In this document: positions 58,765-64,000 of the stretch, piece by piece
How the letters are laid out: the number at the start of each line of letters is the position of its first letter
Numbering within the stretch: the first letter of the stretch is position 1
Source of the DNA: Lepidodermella squamata
Taxonomy: Eukaryota > Animalia > Gastrotricha
Direction: 5' to 3'
NCBI GenBank assembly: GCA_047495785.1
Contig: JBLDXI010000007.1
Location: 2,480,001-2,544,000 of the forward strand
DNA: 64,000 bases
Made by a program: the position numbers and the translations under genes
Notes under the pieces: generated by a model
The model's database searches: none
What the model saw: the letters and a program-made list of their open reading frames with translations, nothing else
Told to the model about the DNA's origin: nothing

Positions 58765-59804
58765 TATCGGGTAGGGCGTTGGTTGTCGGATGACCCAAGC
58801 CCAACAGCACGATTCCAGAGGCCCGAGCCCGGCTACCATTTTCGAGAGGTCGTCGAAAATGTACCCAATAATTAGGTAGGTTGAGTCCCGGGGTCGGCAT
58901 TTGACACCTGAAAATAACCTAGAACGTCATCGTTTAATTCTGCTACAATGGAAATTTGAAATGCCCACTTGATACTTGAAATGCTATATGAGCCTGAGAG
59001 GTATAACGTTATGGAGACTCCACACAAGGAAAATGCTGTTAACGCAGTAGATCTGACACGCTACTGTTGCTATTCGGCCGAGTTACTATTGGTGTGGATT
59101 TACCGCATTCAAGTCGCCATTTTCTCTGTTTCACGGTAAGACCGTATAATAGGAATATATGTATGTATCTATTTGAGCAGCTGACTATTTAGTCAAAAGG
59201 CGCACAATTTTATTGTTTCATTTTACTTGTTCGTACTTGTTCGTGAGAACAAACGGGACTGTCCCGAAGTAACGGCGTAAGTTAACGCACTTCCTGTGGA
59301 TCGGCCGCGCACTCATTACGCACTCGTCCTGCACTGTCCCGTACTAGTATGTCCCGCATGTTTCGTCAATCCTTAGTGTTTCAGGGCTTGGTTTGGTGGA
59401 AAATCTTCTTACGAATTCCTCGTATTGCACGTTTCTCGTTAAAATCGCGAGTCATTCTGACGAATTTTATTCCTGGCAGCTTCAGGATCGAAGATTGCAT
59501 CCTACTGCTGTTTCTTCAATTTTGAGAGGTTTTCGAGTTTGCTTTAACCAGAATCTCAAAAATGTCCTCGCTTCGGTTGTTATTAGGTTGAAATCACTAA
59601 TCACTTGTAATATGGGCAAAACAGCAAAAACCTGATACCAACTCCAGTAGCTCCAGGATCCAAGATTCCGCTATCTGAATGAATGCCTAACAACGAAGTC
59701 GCAAGCGCATAACGGGAAGAATAAAATGACACTTTATTTCCTATGGCCGCGAATATTCAACTAGGGGTTTTCCTGCGTTGTTGTCAAAAAATAGCTCAGG
59801 TTTG

Positions 59805-61656
59805 TTAAAACGCAACGTTCGAGGGCAGAATATATGCTATCAATTGTAATAATGCGGTCGTATTAGAATAAAACAAGACGCCGAACGCTAGAATCGAAGT
59901 CCGCAGCACAACTCGATCGGGTGGCAGTAAAAACATCATACTTACCACAACGCCCATGATTGTAAGACCATTGATAGTTGCAAATTTTGCTGCGGTGTAT
60001 TCTCTAGCGTTCCCCAGTGCTTTTAGCTCATACGCGAAAATAGATCCAATAATGAGAATCGCGATGTGAACAATAGAAAGTAAAGGTGCCCAGGTTGACA
60101 AAAACCTGGAACTGCATACTTGCTGTAAATTCGCTGTGTAGGAATCTATTATAGGATTATATTGAACTGGGCTGATTCTTGCTATCATCGTCACTTGATC
60201 ACCGACTATAAATACAGCCATAACGCCCAGATTAAGAACGATAAAAACGAAGCAATAAACAACACTGCTCATGCGGATCTCCCACAGTTTCGTTTTCACA
60301 TGCAGCCGATGCGACCCGCCCATGCTAGATGTTCGAACACGAGCTGGTTTCGCAGATCTGGAATGTGTCCGAAACCAAATAAAAAGAGAAGCGATTCGCG
60401 AGAAGAATGATCCGTTGACAACAGAAATGCCGGTAACGGTTAGAATCACCAGAGATTGGCAAATTGCATCTGACAGGGCGCTATTGAAGGTGGCAACTAA
60501 ACATAGAGCGGCAGCATCCGACAAGATACCCCCAAGCAGCGCGAGAATGCATAAGGTAGCATCGACTGGCTTGGGCTTCTTCTTCACCATACGATAAAAG
60601 GCAAACATCTTGGAAATGACAGCAATACTAACAAAGGCAACTATAACCCCGAAAACAGAAGGAGGGACGCTATCGAAACTGAAAGAATTATTGGAGAGAT
60701 CTTTCGGGGCTAAACCGTCTGCAGTGAGCCAGACTGGGTCATTGAGCCTTTCAACATTGTAGCTACTCAAGAGTAGAATCGAACTGGTACTGTTACCAGT
60801 GAAAGTAACTCGTAATATAATGCGCATGCCTTCCGATGGGGTCCATTGAGTTAGATACAATGGCTCGTAATCAAGTTCTAGCCTATCAGTATACTTAATG
60901 CGTCCTATCCTCAACCCGACAAAATCGGACGCAGCTGCACTCTCGTTCACTGCCTTCCAAACCAGATCGGGCTCATTGGCGAAATCCTTCAACGTTTTGT
61001 TCCTGGCTATCAGATTTTTCTCTCCTCCATCCAAGGAAAGAACAGCCTGCATCATTGAGTCGAAGCATCTATGGCGACGGACGTAGTCAGCTGATCGAGA
61101 GTTGCTAGTCAAATTGTCCAGAAGTAGGTCAAAACCAAGAGCGTCGTAGCCAAAAGTCGTATTGCCGTGATCTTCGATGGCAAAATTGAAAGGGCCACTC
61201 CAAAATGTGTGTTGAACTTGTTCGCTTAGGATTTGCCTCGTGCAGTTGCCAGGGAGTTTCAGATCACCAGCTGTTGGATCAACGAAGCTCGCAGATACGG
61301 CAAGAAAGACGAATAACGGAGGTCTCACACCGGCATGCCAAGCCAGGCATAAAAACTGCGTGCTCTGCGCCACTGCCCCGGTATTCACAACAATTACTCT
61401 GGCATCACTTCTTCGAATTTCCCACATCATTCCATCATTTACGGCGTCCGAGCTGATTGAAAAACCTAATCGTTTCCCGAATTCACGAACATTGCGAGAT
61501 AAATAATCGTTAGCAAAGTTGTCAGGTCAAAACACGGCCATCTCGAGGTTCATAGCCAGTGTAAGTCGCAGCAGCGTAGATGAGGAGTTTGTGAGGCTTC
61601 TCAGTAGATGTTCCTTCAACTAGAAGCAGCAGGAATAGAACAGCCTTCATCGTCAT
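59805..61656 (-). pseudogene. GPCR-6 with ~425-nt frameshifting deletion in VFT lobe 1
   Basis: ATG at 61656 reads MTMKAVLF...DGRVLT-stop; junction at ~61525 skips sequence equivalent to ~56095-56520 of GPCR-5; downstream 541 codons remain open. Confidence 0.85.
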
Positions 61657-62904
61657 TTAGTAGTCGAAAAAGAATTTTTAAGAAGAAGAAAACCTATTCA
61701 ATGTTTTGGATAAAGCTATATTCTTGGCGCGTAGACCACAATTTAGGGGTAACCACAATTAGGATATCGCCAAGCAAGCAATTAGCGAGAATCTTACCAC
61801 ATGAAACATATTTATTTAGATTATATATACATTATAGAAAATTATTTTCCAAGAAGGTGAAGATTCTAAACAAGACAATTTGGTTTGCGGCCAGCTTTTC
61901 CAAGAAAGGTCGCTGATTAACTGCCCTTCAAATACTTCTCAGATGACACCGACAGCAACATTTCAACCGTGTGAAGTGGATAGGGTGTAAGATCGTCCAG
62001 TACGGGACCTCTACTAATCTGGGACAATTAAAGGTTTGTTGAAATGTCTATCGTTTTTGTAAATCGCATTTAGATGAGGCAGGTGTCAATAGCTGCGTGG
62101 TGTTGTACTAGACACTGCAAGTAAACACGGAATATGTCGCGCTGTTAAAAAGGGGCGCAGATTGCGAGGGAGGTGGGTGTCAAATACTTGCGAGAACTTG
62201 AGGCAATGCTTCAATTAAGAACTTGCAGACTGTTTAGTGGATGCGGGCTAATGAGAAGGTTACAACGCCAAAGGCAACGGCAACTACCTTAGGACAAATG
62301 TTAGGTCGTTTGTTGGGTCGCAGCGTGATCGGCCCCTTTACTTTTTGTTACTCCTCTGCCTATCATGATAATGCACAATGCACCATGTTATTTTGGTACC
62401 AAAGAAATCTCGTGAAATTCTGCATCGATCCTATTGGTACTATTCTGGACATTTTTCATGATACAGTTTTAAAGCGAAAAAGGTACACTATATTGTGAAA
62501 CGTCACATCACGAAAATTGACATCGTAACGACAACACAAAGTGAGTGTGCAGATTTCGGCAGTATTATATAAGCGTGAGTGTCCAGTCTCTAATTGTTTA
62601 TCTATGGTGCGATAAAAGTGCGCTAATATTTACGCGCATTTTTTGAGAAGATCCGGCTTGAAGAAAACCCCTTTGAATTAACGTTTCAAGTTTCCAGCGC
62701 GAGATTCCTCTCTTGTTTTTTTCTGTTCTGAATTCTTTATCCTTCTGCGAGATAAAATTAGGAAAATTGTAGATGACTGGTGTGGCTAAAGTACAAGTGT
62801 AAACTGTCAACAAATCCTTAGGACTACTAGCAGTATGGACTCGAAACTAGCGGAAAAATCCTTGGATTATCAACTGAATGAAAAACTCACTTTTTAAGCG
62901 CGCA

Positions 62905-63409
62905 CACTTTAACTGCCAAAAATAGACTGCGAGGTCCGATATTTGGGTCTAATTCCTGGGTCTGTCAAAAAGTCTTTTTTTTCTGGTCAACGATGCGTCG
63001 AAGGGCAAAATGCCTGACGGCAAAGTGTAGGCCGTGACCTGGCGGTTCTTTTGACACCGAATTTGGGGCCAAAGACTTCAAGGAACGCACAGAAATCAAA
63101 CTTACAAAAACAGTGAAATTTCGATTGTTGCGCCATAATCTGGGTCTAATAATTAGGTCCAATTCTTGGGTCTGATTTTTGGCTCTAATCCAAAATTTCG
63201 ACGTTATTTCACTGTCATTTTCAATGACCTGCTCAGACCTTGTGGCCCCGAATTCGGTGTCAAAAGAACCGCCAGGTCATGGCCTACACTTTGCCGTTAG
63301 GCATTTTGCCCCTCGACGCATCGTTGACCCGAAAAGAATGACTTTTTGACAGACCCAGGAATTAGACCCAAATATCGGACCTCGCAGTCTATTTTTCGCA
63401 GTTAAAGTG
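62905..63409. mobile_element. MITE with ~165-bp TIRs
   Basis: 62905-63071 is the reverse complement of 63243-63409; TTAA on the right flank only (possibly piggyBac-type). Confidence 0.75.
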
Positions 63410-63655
63410 TTAAATGACCATATTTCGCTCTTATTTCTCGCATTGAAGCCCATAATCTCTGCAAACCTGATGAATATCAATCTATTTTTGATACTGTTCG
63501 ACACCACGCTAATTGACCTCGAAAGCGGCATCAAAATTTCATACTGAGAAAATTTTGCAAAACTCCTATTTTCAATTGTTACAATTGTTACTTTTGTTCA
63601 ATTAATATAATTTCAAAGTCATGGAGTTTCTAATTAGGTTTTACTCCATAAATTT

Positions 63656-64000
63656 TCAAAAAATAGTTCCAGTTTGATCAACCGCAACGTTTGAGGGCAG
63701 AATATGTGGTATCAACTGCAATAAAGCTGTCGTATTCGAATAAAACAAGACGCCGAATGCTAGAATCGAAGTCCGCAACACAACTCGATCCAGTGGTAAC
63801 AGAACCATTAAACTTAACACAACGCCCATGATTGTGAGACTGTTGACAGTTGCAAGTTTCATTGCGGTATATTCCCTACCATTACCCAGTGCTTTAAGCT
63901 CATACGCGAAAATAGATCCAACTATGAGAAGTGCAACGTGAACAACAGCAAGTATGGGCCCCCAGGTTGATAGGAATCTTGAGCTACATACTTGTTGCAA
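63656..64000 (-). CDS. 3' end (ECL2-TM7) of a further class C GPCR paralog, GPCR-7, continuing beyond the window
   Basis: QQVCSSRFLSTWGP...SILAFGVLFYSNTTALLQL. Confidence 0.88.
   Translation of the reverse strand: MQQVCSSRFLSTWGPILAVVHVALLIVGSIFAYELKALGNGREYTAMKLATVNSLTIMGVVLSLMVLLPLDRVVLRTSILAFGVLFYSNTTALLQLIPHILPSNVAVDQTGTIF

Noticed and set aside
27123-61506. Recurrent + strand ORFs antisense to the GPCRs (e.g. MQLPGSFRSPAVGSTK...)
   Set aside because: Shadow frames of conserved paralogous coding sequence; many begin at TTG/GTG

Overview
AT-rich eukaryotic (invertebrate animal-like) genomic DNA with short spliceosomal introns (mostly 38-85 nt), so the prokaryote-style ORF track splits most genes; I rebuilt exons by hand from GT/GC-AG sites and frame continuity. 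Contents in order: (1) three tightly packed two-exon fucosyltransferase-superfamily paralogs (1-6.1 kb); (2) a ~9 kb nest of non-autonomous DNA transposons and palindromes; (3) an intronless ankyrin-repeat gene; (4) a 9-exon secreted EGF-repeat gene; (5) from ~19.8 kb to the window end, a mixed receptor cluster. The cluster holds four full-length divergent Cys-loop ligand-gated ion channel subunit genes plus one fragment (+ strand), interleaved with intronless GABA-B-like class C GPCR genes (- strand; five intact, two pseudogenes, one running off the window). The most striking feature is a tandemly duplicated [ion channel -> <- GPCR] cassette. The channels lack the acetylcholine aromatic box and the intracellular domain and have an unusual PDR/H15'D16' pore. 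The GPCRs lack the C-terminal coiled coil and show ectodomain/7TM swapping between paralogs. This is a candidate paired ionotropic + metabotropic chemosensory locus. Organism, expression and ligands cannot be determined from the sequence alone.
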